Shown here: positions 25,101 through 39,700 of the stretch, in pieces
How positions within the stretch are numbered: the stretch's first letter is position 1
How the letters are laid out: each line of letters begins with the position of its first letter
Assembly: GCF_000150275.1 (NCBI RefSeq)
Contig: NW_002060953.1
Coordinates: 2,181,670-2,245,669, forward strand
Direction of reading: 5' to 3'
From: Trichoplax adhaerens
Taxonomy: Eukaryota; Animalia; Placozoa
DNA length: 64,000 nucleotides
Position numbers and translations under genes: made by a program
The notes under the pieces: generated by a model
Seen by the model: only the letters and a program-made list of their open reading frames with translations
Told to the model about the DNA's origin: nothing
The model's database searches: none

Positions 25101-28100
25101 GAGTAACACGTTAAAGCTTTTCAAATGGATCAAGTAATCTTATTGTCTGATACTATGTTATACGTCCATGTTAATTTATTCTTCTAGATGCTGTTACTGT
25201 GGTACTATATAAGTTAATGTACGCATTAAGCCTTTTGCCTACTATCGAAGGCGGGATGGTAAATACGTACCAAGAACTGATACCATTCTTACACCATTCT
25301 TACATTCTAATCTAACTATATTTCTTTCTACTAGGTTGCTCTCGGCATCTTTTCCATGTTTGTTGTCAGTATCGGTGGGATTGTTATTGGTTTGCTTTAT
25401 GGCATGCTGGCGGCATTTTTCACTAAATATACTCGCCATGTTGAAAGTATATTACAGTTTGCTTATTTGCATTATATAAGTCAAATGCATCTAAGTATTA
25501 AGTTCACTATTTCCTAACCAATCCTTCCGCTTGTGTGCTTTACTTTCAGTCTTGGAACCAATGCTTATCCTTGTGATTGCTTATATGTCTTACCTTACAG
25601 CAGAGATGCTTGAATGGTCCGGTATCATGAGGTAAAAAATATCTAAGCTCCTTGACTTCTCAATTGCAAAGACTCATGATAATTGTCTAACAAATTTCTC
25701 AATACGCATTATTTAATATCGTAGTATTGCAACGTGCGGGCTAGCTTTAAAACATTACGCTGAATCCAACATAACTAATGGGTCACTTATAACCTTAAAG
25801 TACTTTCTAAAGTCATTAAGGTAAAGTAAACGAATTGATCACCTGTTTATCTTAATTATTTACTAATGTAAAAAGCCCCTGTCTAGCGTAGTCAACAGAC
25901 ACAGTACTCTGATATAATTATTGTTTCCATTGTAAATACTTTCATTTAGCTCTAGCGCGGAATCTATTATTTTCTTGTTCCTTGGTCTATCATTATTTAA
26001 AGTTAAACATCATTGGGATATTGGCTTTATTCTTTGGACTCTATTGTTTTGCCTAGTATTCCGAATTTTGGGTAAGAAAACCTAGTATCTTATTCATAGA
26101 TACTTTTTTCCTGAATTCATTTCATCATATATAGGTGTTGTGATCTTTACGTTCCTGGTCAATAAATATAGACACCATAAAATTGATATCGTTGATCAAT
26201 TTATTATGGTAAGATTTATATAGAAGCATTGCTCTACATTATTTTGAATTCGAGCTAATAGAAAGGAATCTAAAATTGAATCTCTTTGACCGACGTTAGA
26301 GTTATGGCGGACTTCGAGGAGCTGTAGCATTTTCACTTGCTGTCTTGCTCAATCATGAGAAAGTGCCAGCTAAAGATCTAATGACTACGACGGCTTTAGT
26401 TGTCATTCTATTTACTGTTTTTATACAGGTAGAGTCCTTTAACTGAGTAATATCAACGAGATACCATCATCGATATCGTATTTATTGATATATCATGAAG
26501 TACTACTGTAATAACAAAGATAAATGGGGTTTGTGTAAAACAATTTCTTAATTGTAGGGTAGCACAATTAAACCTTTAGTTAACCTACTACACGTCAAGA
26601 GGAAAGTGACCAAGGATTTTACAATCAATGAACAAATCCAACTTGATGTAATTTTCATTCACATAATGAAGTATTGTATTAACGAAATTAACAGTATTTT
26701 TGTAAAGCGAAACTTGCTTGATGAGAAAACAATTCAAGCATAAAGTTATATTTCTTCTAGGTATTTAATCATATTAAGGCAGGGATAGAAGAAATTACTG
26801 GCCATTATTCTGACAGTTCCTTAAGGGTAAGAAATGAAAATACATCTATTTATTGTATTATCAAAATTTTGGAATGTTGGCATGCTAGATTGTAATCATT
26901 AAGTTACACGATCTAAAATTAGTTTTACTGTAACAGTAGAACAAACATGTAAGACAAGAACTTTACGAAATGAAATCTTTGATAATATAACTTATAATAC
27001 CATAAAATACCGATGGCGCTAGATTTTTATATTTATGCTTACGTATTTGGACTGTTTACCAAATTACAATAATATCATGGAAAGTAAATACATGACTTTA
27101 AAGGGAATATATATCCTATAAGCGTATCAAAGCCTGACGTAGCTTTGCATCAACAACCTCGGGCTTTCGCAGTTACAATTTCACAATTAAAAAGCAATCA
27201 CCTAACTATAAAGCATTTATTTCAATTTGATGAAATTATTACATGCAAGCCTAAAGCCAATCAAATTACATCTTGCATGACTGATGAATGCATAATTATG
27301 ACCATTTCCGTAATAATTATTTTTCTTGTTTATTATGAATGTCATGAACAATTAATTTACCTATTTTTTTTTTGGCTCTTCAATGGTCTACAGAACATAT
27401 GGAATTATTACGATGATAAATACTTTAAAAAGCTTTTGCAACGAAATCCTGAATGTGGAAATTTCGACATAGTCCACCACTACGAGAAATTGCTTTATCA
27501 GTGAGTTTGATTAGCAGAAACCTATTTAAATTAATCAATTAAGTATTGGGTATTATTTAATTCCAGTCTTTGCGCTTCTAAAATGTACTTAATTATAAAG
27601 TATGAGTTTCTAATGCAGAGACGCTGCTAAGAAATTAATGAAATCGGTCAGAAAGGGAGGAACTGAAGAGTAATTTTACCTGCATTTTTATATAATTATA
27701 TTTTCAGTCTATATTATTCCCTTACATCAATAAAATTATTCTTTCTATATTTAATCTCAAATTGAAAATGTTTAACGAATTTTTATATTTCTCTTACACT
27801 TCTCCAATTAACTGGCCTACACGATAAACAAAATGATAGTGAAGATGTTCAGATAGCATTAGTAAGTATTCAATTATTATTGAATTTCATTTGGTGTTGC
27901 GGATGGCAGCATGATTTCTATTACTGTGACTTTACAGATGAGTTTACAGAGTAATCCAGAGGAAGAGCCTCGGAAACATAAACCGGAGAGTACCATGGTG
28001 GCTAGTAAGCCTGAGCAAGCAAGTTCATCAACAGCTCCAGGACAGAGTTCTCATACGGCTGTGACTGTTGAACGGCAGCAATCAACAGGTGACGTATTAA

Positions 28101-28568
28101 GCGTTTAAGCGTGTTTTGAAGATATCAATTATTAGTTGGAAATACCTTACGACTTTCATGTATCGCTATCTTTTACAGGATCAGAGGTCAAATATAGAAT
28201 GAAAAGAAGAATATCTACAGAGGTTAGCAATCAAATTCAGTTAAATCTTATGATTGACCTCGTCTAACATTTTTACACTTAGAATTTATACAATGCTGTC
28301 CATATTGAATAAAAATTTAAGGAACAACCAACTTTACACTGAATCCTTAATTTAATTGTGACCTTTTTTGTTGCAAAAGTTTGAAGGTAGATACAACTAT
28401 GGCAGGAGTAAAAGTACTGAAGAAGCAGCTCAAAACCAACTGAAAGCTAGAGAACGCTGGAGTATGATCTATGCCAAAAAGATAGATATCGTAAATCAAG
28501 TAAAAACCTATGAAGTGTCTGTAACATCAGCAGCTCCCACGAAAACATCCCATGATACTTACGTTTAA
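22167..28568 (+). CDS. Plasma-membrane-type Na+/H+ exchanger (SLC9A1-5 clade), intron-rich
   Basis: Signal peptide; [113 protein letters not shown]. The introns examined are all GT-AG. C-terminal exons are less certain; the last exon (28380-28568) ends DTYV*. Confidence 0.9.
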
Positions 28569-31500
28569 TCAGAAGTATCCCTATTTACAACGACGATATA
28601 ATTATAGAATTTATGCCAATTAAAGGTATTGAACGCTGATATTGTTTAAGAGAACGTGGTTATAATTGTGATTTCTACCGTTAGCCTTGTGCATAGAGAC
28701 TGCATAATGCCAGGAAGATTGCAAATTATTTTCGAATATATTTACGGCGAGCTTGTCATAAATATATGGATTTGTTTTAAATAGCTTTAACATATGCATA
28801 CGTAGACATACGTAGATGTGGATTTGTGCTTTCTATTTAATGCAATAACTGAGATTAGGCTCCTTATTCAGAAAGCTAGCTTATTTTTACGAAAGGACTG
28901 CTTCACACTCATTGTTGGCAATACAAGTATGTACAGCTGCTATAAATGCATTTAGATATAAGATAATTGTAGCGTGCCTTTAAAGGATAAGTTATTGTTT
29001 TGATCAGTGTTGCTAATACTGGTTTTGATACCTAAAACTTGCTTAAATCAAGTTATTTGGTATGTATGTTAATTGTGATATCAAAATGATGTGCTTTATT
29101 TTCTACAAAAATTATAACGTGGAAGATACATGTCAGCTTGTAAGATACACGTATAAATTGAGAAAATTTAGAACTATACATAACCTTATTAGTCTTTCAC
29201 TCTAAAATTCTAGCGTAAATTGCGTTTCTAACAACCATTTAATATGGTATACTATAATAGTTTTTTTTCAACTTTAATTCGGCCTAGTTTAGAGTTATAC
29301 TAGTATCGCTATAATATCGTACCGACATGTGGTCAATTTTAAATCGACCATGTTGCATTAGAGACTGTGTGAAATGTTTTGAATAAAAGATTTCGTGAAA
29401 GATAGGTAACAAGATATATCATTGCTTGATGGAGATATTACATAGGTATACAAATCGCTTTTACCCATTTGAATAAACTACGACGTAAACAATAAACTTG
29501 AATCAGTCGTTTTAGTAGACAGTCGCATTCGAACGTACAATTGCATTGCTTATATAACGTATGATATTCTCACATACTAAGACTCGCAGTTTAAAAGGTA
29601 TAGGCCAAGAACCATTACGAGTTCGAAACCTGTTTTGTACCGACTAGTTTCTAAATGACGCTGTTTTATAAGGATGCTAGTATAGCAACAGTAACTGCCG
29701 ATACAAGATGTAATACTGCATATTCAATTTTAATATCGTAGCTTTTTATTATACTCGTATGGCTGTATCTCACGTCACATTTTCAAAGTAAAAAACGCAC
29801 TAGTACATAAGGTATGTGGCTTCAAAGCTGCAACGCCCTTGAACACTGTTGCAAATACTTTTTAATGTATGAGAAAATGAATTGTGAAATATCTTTGGGC
29901 TAAATATTGCCTATGTCGTAGTCATCATGATGGTCTCGCATAACATAAGCTATACACGTGTACAGTCGAATTTTTTGATGTTGCTTTTAAGAATTAAATG
30001 AGGAATCGAGGAAACTGTTGGTATATAAATCTAGGCAATAATTTGATATCATATCCGTCTTATACGCTATTTTAGCGACAAATATCATTATCAACTATTC
30101 TATTACGTCATTCTAAAAATGATGTTCAGTGTTACTTATAAATATAGAATTGAATGCTTAGTTAAATTTGCAATGAAAATTGGCCATTTAAATCGACCAT
30201 GTTGCAAGATGTATATCTAGGGAGGTAAGATTAGCAATGAATATTATTATTTCTACCACATCATGATTCTTGTCTCTTCCTGTAAAGATGAAATTATTTC
30301 GCTATGTATTTCACTATGTACACTGATTCAAATATACTAAATGATTGAACTAGTGCGATTCTCCTATTTTCAATTCAATCCTAATTACGGTTATAGTTTG
30401 GCGGTAGATATGACTATACAGCTAAGCAAAAAGCTGAAGGTCTAGAGCCGCGTCACACGAGAACATGCAAGTAATGGAACATGTTTTATCCGGCGCCGGT
30501 GGAGATGTCAAATCGGAGACTGTTGTACTAACATATGTATGCATCTTTTCGGGTCAATTTTTTAGTAGCAGCAACATGAGTTTGCTAGCTTTAAACTGTG
30601 ACATCATCCAGCTATTTTAGAAATTTAATAGTCTACAAAATTTTTAAACACGTATGATGCATACGTATCGTATCCATATACAAGGCCGTGCTTGTAAATA
30701 CTCCCACATTCGGTTAATTCTTAGTATGTAAGGCTCCTCTTTACTGACTACATATCTAATTAGTGCAGAACTGGAGCTACGACAACTGATTTTCTTTATC
30801 GAATGCTAGGCAGTTGTAGCTTAATAGTGTACACAACTAAGGTTGTCAAATCAAAATTGTGCGTTTTGGATCTAAAGCAGTCAAAGATGCAAGGTTAAAT
30901 ACTTTATAGCATCGTAATCATTTTGTGGCCGGTTTTAAATTGCATCTTAATGCATTGTGAACTGTCGTATGAGAAGTTAATGCAAACAACAGGCATTTTT
31001 GAAAGTTGGTATGGAATGATGCGTTGATAGTTCTGCTGCCATATGAACGTTGAGGATAATGGGATGTTATGCCAGGTATGATTGACAAAAACATGTACAC
31101 AACGACACGATCGGCAATTCGTACAGTACCTACGAGAAAGTTATGGTTTAAATTGATGATCAGAGGGTCAGAAAAATTTCTACCGTAGGCGTTTATCCAT
31201 TGAGAAGAATTTTTATTACTCATTCCTCGTATGCCATTCTTGACAGCCACTGTCATGATGCTATCACGGGATAAACCAATGCACGATCAAATTATGGGAA
31301 ATCATCATGAATAATTGTCAGCGTGCCAAGTGACGCAGATGGTCCGCCGCTACTAGATTAGCATGGCTCCAGCATCCGTTGTTCTACCAGCAATTTCCAT
31401 GATGGCGAGCTGATGAACGGAGATTCTACCGTACTGTGGATATGATATGATGGATAATGACTGCTATTTTAGTATCGTCAGCATGCTATTGCCCACTTTC

Positions 31501-32221
31501 CTCTCATCAACCTGATGGTATCCATTGATGGAAGGATAGATCTCGTCGAGAAAGTCATGTTGTGATCATATGGCGTACCGGTAAGTAAGCCACAGCTCTC
31601 ATGAGCTATGATTGGATAGCTGATGCAAAATTAATCCTAAATGAATTGAAAGGCTGCCATGCAAGTGTTTGAATAAGCGCTATTCTCCTGTCTGTCTGCG
31701 CTAGTTGTCGTCAAGGCGTTGGCTGATTCTATAGGCCTAGTACAGCCACAGTTAAGCAAATAAATTGATTTACGCATACTGTCCATGCATTCATCTTGAC
31801 TGACGTCAATGCATCCAACGGCTCCAGCAAGTCAATAAGGAAATGATGACTAACTGTACCGTTTGGAGCTTGGCCTATAGCCCCGATCATTTTGTGGTTA
31901 ACGATGGCTCAATCATATACCAAACAACACCAGCAAAGATTCATTTAAAGTATTTACGTAGACATTGCTGAAAATGCTTGCATTGCTTCCACAGTTGCTC
32001 TTTCAACATCCATTACCACCTCCATGAGCTGTAATCGACAGCATTGGTTAAGTGGATTTAGCCGTCGTGGAATTCTTCTCCGCGATGACAATACTTCTGC
32101 AAATGAATGCACACCAATGTATAGTATACACCGGCTATAGAGGCGATTGGAAGGAAAGCTTATGTCGGCATGGGTGCATTGCTAGAGTACAAGGACTACT
32201 ATGAATTTTGTCCAGGCTTCA

Positions 32222-32360
32222 CACTGTACAGTACAGTACACTGTACTGTACGTACAGTACGATTGATTCACTACAGTACAGTACATTGTACTGTACTGTA
32301 CAGATGGACAGTCTTGTGGACGTGTAGTGCAGTACAGTACATGACAGTACTGTACTATAC
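32222..32360. repeat. Cluster of TACAG/CTGTA pentamer repeats in inverted arrangement
   Basis: Includes the perfect inverted repeat tacagtacagtaca-t-tgtactgtactgta at 32272-32300. Confidence 0.85.
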
Positions 32361-33798
32361 TTGTCCTGTATCAAGTCAACCCCTACAGCTTATGCGCCAT
32401 CTTGATTTTGCCCACTTACCCATACTGTATTTTAGTTTGTATCATCCTACAAGCCGTCTAGCAATTTTGGTCATAGTGAAGAAAATCCACAGGCCATTGG
32501 TCACATTCATGTTCACCTAGCTTGTGCCTTCTTTTCTAGCTTTTCTTTCGTTTCCTATGTACAGTAGACTGTAGTTTAAAGTACTAACAGTACAGTACAT
32601 TTCGTGATTGTCATCATGATTTCAACTAATTAATGACTCTACTGTAGTTAACGGTATGTGTTTTGACTCAAACTACAATCGCAGATTACGACGGGCTCAT
32701 CAGCATCAAGACAAATGACCATGAAGCAAAATGGTCATCCAGTACTAGCCCCAATCCTTTATTTAGTTATACCCATAGAGCCCAGATCAACATTTCATCC
32801 TCTGCTTATCGACCATGAGAGACGAGTAGGCAGAGGGTAAAAATAGCGCCAATCAATTGATCGTTGACCGTAACACCAATCAACTAAACGATCCACGGTA
32901 GACAGTAAACGTTCCATCAATGGATGTGTTTAGACATCGCATCCATTTAACAAGCTCCAATTAGTCAATTGTTACACTATTGACTTAAGCTTATTGTTAT
33001 TCATGATGACCAAACAAGGTATAAACATTTTTGTCGTAGTCCGTCTTCGTACTGCCTTCCATCGTATAGGCAATTTAATTGACTGATTAATTATTATTAT
33101 CGTCTTGCTTGTTATCAGTATGAAATAGAGGGAAATCTTTTTCAACATAATGTTATCGCCTTATCATCATCTTGTTGATAACATGGATACCATCGATAAG
33201 AGAAACATCTTCCAGCAAAGCAATTGCATGCTGCTTACGGATAGTAATCCATCTTGTAGGCTATTCTTAATGAGGAAAACATCCATATCCAATTGAACAC
33301 TCGTGTCAATACAACACATGATTAATTCAACTTGGAAACAATAACATCCAATGATTGATTAAAATCGTTCCAAAATAAGTAACAGGACAAAATTGGAACA
33401 AGTCACGCCAAGGAATGTGCATGCGTAAGGCCATTTCCACTAGCGTGGGCCCAGACAACTTCGGTTAAGGCCAACAAGTTGGCGACGATGAGACAAAAGG
33501 GTGGAAAAGTACACAGTACTGTAGAAAGACGATATGAAGTAAATCCAATGGGTTGTTTATCTTGTCGCAGTCTTGTCCAAACGACGATAACATTGAGACA
33601 ATCTCTCGTGTAACTAAACTAACTTGGCTAATTATTCTGCATACCATTGATCGATTATGATAAGCTGATGTTGGACAGCAATGGCCACCCCATGCTAACC
33701 TTAATTGGCCATCATTGACGCTTTCAATCGACCAAAGCGATTCCAATCTCAACGATATTGTCTCATTGCCTAGCGTTAATGAGGAGGAAATTAACGCC

Positions 33799-36700
33799 AT
33801 GAGTAATAATCGTAAGAAGAAACCATTTATCATGGGTAAAAAAGTGAAAAATGATCATCAACAAGATCCCTCCAAGTTACAAGTTGTTGATCCATTCGAT
33901 TCTAGTTTACCTCTTCCATCTTTCAATACTTTTTATGCTTGTTGCTTGATAGCATGTCTTGCCATCGCTTGCTACATCAATAGCTTGCCCGGTGAATTTG
34001 TATTTGATGACGTGGAAGCCATTACTGGCAATCAAGATCTTTTACCCAATACATCCTTCTCCGCGCTATTTCAACATGATTTCTGGGGTACACCAATCGA
34101 TTCTATTCATAGTCATAAATCTTATCGTCCATTGACTGTCCTATCGTTTAAATTGAATTCGATGATGATGGGAAAATTAAATGCTCAAGCATTCCATTGG
34201 GTCAACATTATTTTACACGCTATCATTTGTATCCAATATTATTTTTTCGCACGAACGCTCTTTACCGCTTGTATCCATCCTTTTCCACACGGTCAGCAAA
34301 GTCATGATGGCCAAACGATTTCAACGCCTTTACGTGCTCCTTTCCTAGCAGCCTTAATATTTACGATTCATCCAATTCACACAGAATGTGTAAGTACAAC
34401 TATTTTCAACCTAGGATAGTAAAATAATAATTCCATCCTTGTTTTTTATTGATGACATTGCGCGATACTAATCCTTTTTCTATCTACCATTTTTCCTTCC
34501 GATGAATTGCTTTCTTTTCACTTCGACATCCTGCCTATGCCCTTAGGTGGCTAGTATCGTGGGTCGAGCAGAGTTATTAGCAGCCATCTTTTATTTTCTT
34601 GCTTTCTCGTCCTATCAACGTAGCCTACAAACAGAATTTGGTAAGACCATCTCTTTTTCTTTTCAATACTCCATTTGGACATGTTACATCATCTCCATTT
34701 CGCTTAGTAGTCAAGAGACATCACCATACGTTGTTTACATAATTCATGCAAGCATGATTGATTGATATTTGATTACTATCAATACGTAGATGAAGATGGC
34801 CGTCCACAACGTGTACAATGGAGTTATCAAATTTTAACGTTGATCTTTGCAGCAATCGCTATGCTGTGTAAAGAGCAAGGCATTACTATTATGGTAAGAC
34901 AAAGTGATTGATGACAACCTGAAAGAGGAGAAGGATTATTTAAATGCACTCTCTTTCTCTCGTTTAGGGATTTTGTCTAGTTTATGATCTACTTATTAAT
35001 TGCCGATTCCATCCTTTCCTAATCTTTCGGTCCTCTTCCAGCTACTCTTCCATGGTAAGTTCTATTATTGAAACTTGGTAAATTATATTATCGATTTGTC
35101 AAGGTTCTTCCTCATATAGCATTGTCCATCAAACACTGTACTTCTCATTGAATAATAACATTTCCATTATGGCAGAACGAGAAGCAAAACTCATGGGTTC
35201 GATCTTTACTCTATCGTGCACTATTCGTTCTATTGGGGACTAGTTCTGCTATATACTTTCGCTATTTAATTATGAAATCTGGACCACCCCAATTCCGTCC
35301 CAGTGATAATCCAGCATCCTTCGAAGAATCACGATTCATTCGTGTAAGTTCCACAATCATAAGTCATTATTTGAATACAAGATCGGCCATTTTTTGTAAT
35401 GCTTTAACTCGATGTTATTTAGATGCTTAATTACAACTATATCTACACCATTCATGCATGGCTGTTAATTAGCCCCAATTGGCTATGCTTTGACTGGTCT
35501 ATGGGTTGCATCCCATTAATCAAGACTGTTTTCGACTATCGTTGTCTATTTCCAGTCTTATTTTGGATTATCGTGGCGATTGTAATTTGCTCTAACTGCA
35601 GCTCTAATAAACCAAGTTCCAGGTAGGTCTATGTATGAACTTCCTCTATGTAAAGTACAAAAAGCTCGTCCAAACAGGTCCAATTGGTTGTCATTTCCTT
35701 TACCAATGTCAACATCGTCAATAAAATAGAAAAAGAAATTATGTATAGATCCTATTCTAACCTATACACTCGACCAAGAATTAGAAGTGGCATACAACAC
35801 TCTACAAGAAGATGTATGCATTCATTAGGGTTTAATAACAGTAGTTTTTGAGCCATATTGATGGAACTATGAAATTATTAAAGCCGTAGTGATATGATTG
35901 CTACGATACCTATTCTAAAAGGAGCTCATACAGTAGCCTTCAGCAAGGTTTATGGATTATTTCAATTTTATTATTACCTATATTAACCACGCTGATGGCA
36001 CAATGAAGCTTGTAAAACCGCGGCTATCTCGTAAGCGTATTCTAAAGGGAAATTTTACAGTAGTTTTCAAAATGATTTATTATGTAGATTATTTAAGTTT
36101 AATTATCATCTATCGTGTCCCTTATTAATGGCACGATTAAGTTTGCAAAGCTGTAGCTACATTATTGCGAGTAAGCATATTCGAAAGGGAAATTCAAGAA
36201 TTAGTCTTGAAGATGATTGATAGGGAAATTATACGGTAGTCTTCAATATATTGACTATTAAAGTTTAATTACTTTCTATATTCCACGATATAGATGTCAT
36301 GATAAAGAATGTAAAACTATTGCTTTTTTATTGTAAGGCATTCTTTTGCTATGGCCAAGTAAAACGGAAGTTTTTAAGTTAGAATGATCAATGGCTATTT
36401 TTAGATTTTAGAAGATTCGTTCTCTAACTAGTCTGATACTAAATTAAGGCATAATCGCTGACAATAAAAGAAAATACCACCCTGGAAATGATATTCAAGA
36501 ACATGCCATGCATGTAAAAGCGGCTCTAGCACCCTTTTTGTTAGAAAAAGATATTAATTATTACACCGAAGAAATAGCGTGAAAATCATCAAAACATGAT
36601 ACAAAGGCTTCCAAGACGGCCGATATTTAGGGCAAAGATTTTGACAAATCTTTGCGAATTTATGACAAAATTTTTTTTATTTAATTTTCTTTCTCTGACA

Positions 36701-39700
36701 ATGAAGTGGATTTTGTATTAAGAAAGTTTTCGTATTCGTTTTTCATTTTACACAATACCTTATGGTTAATTGTTAGCAAAAAATTTTCCATTTTTAGTCA
36801 TACTTGCCTGAAGGCGTTTCTTTCAATATTTTGTTCCACTGGTAACTTAGATCGTATACAATCCTTTTATCGTATTTGCTTATCATCTGGTATTTTTTCT
36901 TTGTTTGTTGGTATAGCGATAATCTATCTTGAAATGACTGACGATTTTCTTATTTACTATTATACCGATGCAAGGATCGTATTAATTTCCATCCCAACTG
37001 TTTACTACTAAAATTTTTATTTTTACTTTTCTAATTTGAAAAGTGAAATTGTTTCTCGGCATTCTTAAGAGCATTAAACAACTAACGATACAGTAGAAAT
37101 TTTATTTTTAAAACATCACCATTTTAATATATAAGGAATAACTTGCATAGCTTGAGTAACTGGCCATTCGTACACCGATTTTACTTAATGAATATTTTTC
37201 ATTATTACAAATTTTCAATTCAAGAATAAAATGCGGGTAAGAGTGATTTTCCACTCGTACAATCAATTTCATGCTAAAAAAATAGTTCAATTGTCACAAT
37301 TTTAAATTGAAAAGCAGAATGTGTAACAAGCGCGATTAACAACTGTCGTTACTGATTGTAAGCTAGAGAATATTTGTTTATTAGGCCTGGTGCCGATGAT
37401 ACAATATTAATTAATTAATGATAATTAATTGATCAGGCGCATAAATTCTCCATTACATCATAAACAAAGCTGCATCAAACGTTACCTGCAGTTTTAGCAT
37501 TAATTGTAGTCGGAAAATAATTTTAAAAGGGCGCCTACTGATTTTTGCAAAGTTGTTTAACTGAAGAAGAAATTGTATAGCAAAAGCGATTACGCTCCCA
37601 TACGTCTGCTTTTGACTAAATAATATTTAACGGAATATTCATATTTTTTCTACAGTAAGAAATAAGCTTGGTTCTTAAGCTCTTCTTGCCAATATGAGAA
37701 AAGATCTAACAATTAAGAGTTCTGTAGCGTAAAGAAAGCAAAAATTATGCATTGTCGCAGTTTGTGAGTCCCATGATGCCAACCAGGAAAATCGCTTTAA
37801 ATTATGAATTCTATTACGTAGTTTGTAACTCCCTCCGGTATTTTGCTTCACTTCACTAGCAGTATAGCATCATTTTAACAGCATAAATGCAATCAAATGA
37901 TCACGATCTCTCATTCTAGGATAGAACTAATAATGCAATTTGGCGTAGTACAGCATCATCCATTTTAACCTCTAATTTTATGCTACTGTGATAAGTATGC
38001 AAGATCGAATAGTATAGACGAATCTCAGGGTGCATAACATTACCCCACCCCCACTTTTACACTCTATTAAAATTTGAAAACTTTTTGTAGAGAATTGATA
38101 TCAATCCAATTCTCAAATTTATCACTGATTCGATTCATCGCTGTTATATCGCTGATATGTTCAAAACTATTTCTGATCGATACTTTACCTATGCTTTTTA
38201 TTTATCTTCAAGAGTACTTCTACTACTAAAGGATAATTAAAACTATTGATATTGAATCTAACAATAAATTCTTTTCATATCTATGTGCAAGACTGATCAA
38301 TATATCTCTGGCGTGTGCAATTATTCCATTTATTCCTGCGTCCAATATTCTATTTCGAGTTGGTTTTGTCATCGCTGAAAGAGTTTTGTATCTGCCCAGC
38401 GTTGGCTACTGTATTTTGCTAACTTACTCATTTTGTGTCTTAAGTCGGAGAGAAGGTTTAAATAAGGTAAACTTGCACTAGATTAACAAAGTTTCAAATG
38501 GTGATATTGCACAATAAAATGCGGTGTGAAATTCTTTCTTACAATTTTACGCTAATACACATTTTTGGGGTCAATTCTAATAGGCAATTTTGGCTGGAAT
38601 TGTTGTATTATTAATCGGATATACATGTAAAACTGTTAAGGTATTTCACTGTAGTAGATTTTTGTATAAGAGAAAGATTCTGATTATGAAATAACAATTA
38701 ATTATTAAGTAAAACTATTAATCTTATTTTGCAATTGGTAGAGAAATACGCAATGGCTGAATAGTGAAGCACTCTTTGTTTCTGCATTGGATATTTGTCC
38801 ACTTAATGCCAAGGTAAGGATATCCAATTTGCTCTGGTCATACTTTGCTTAATTTTTAACTTGTCAAAAGAGCATCAAAGTATTCATCAAGCTATCGTTG
38901 GGTGTTTTAATTGTACAAAGGTTCATTATAATATCGGCAAAGTATATAGCGATTCTGGTAAGGAACTACTGGCAGAAGAATATTATCGCAAAGCAATCAG
39001 GTAATGATTTTAATTGCAATCATTTGGATATATTAAGAGTCGCTATAAAACGTCCATGGATCTTTACAGTCTAGAGCCAAATTATGAACAAGCATTGAAT
39101 AATTTAGGAAATTTACTAAAGGTACAGTGCCACAGTAAAAATGATGATGTCTTCCTGATGATTTCACACTATCGAAATATTCTAATACATGAAGGGTATT
39201 TCACCGATTGACTCATTTTGATAGGATCGGAAAGCTTTCGATGAAGCGGAGCAATACCTAAAAAGAGCAGTCCAACTAAGGTTAAACTGAGCAATCATTG
39301 CTACTTTTACTATTTTCTTACCTAATCTAATCTAGTAGTGACATATTCAAGCTAATCAAGCAGAAAGTGATAAGATAGCTTAATCGGACATTTAAAATTA
39401 CTTGCGATACAGGAAAGACTTTGCAGCTGCATGGATGAATTTAGGCATCGTTCAATCAGATCTTGGAAAGTTCAAGGTATAGAGTGGCCCGGCATTTTAT
39501 AAACGGATCAGGAAACGTATATTTAATTATGACACCTAATCTGATCATTATTCCACATTAGGAAGCTGAAAATAGCCTTCGAACTGCCACCGTACATCGG
39601 TCATACTATCCCGATGCGTATTATAATTTGGGAAATTTGGTATGTCAGTCTTAAGTCCTCATCTTGCTAGTTAAATATTACGTGATTTGATTATTTTTTA

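Noticed and set aside
31960-32030. Possible selenoprotein-like GGGNGC-TGA on the - strand
   Set aside because: No recognisable selenoprotein homology or SECIS; too short to support.
32170-32520. 116-aa ORF
   Set aside because: Mostly the translation of the TACAG/CTGTA repeats.
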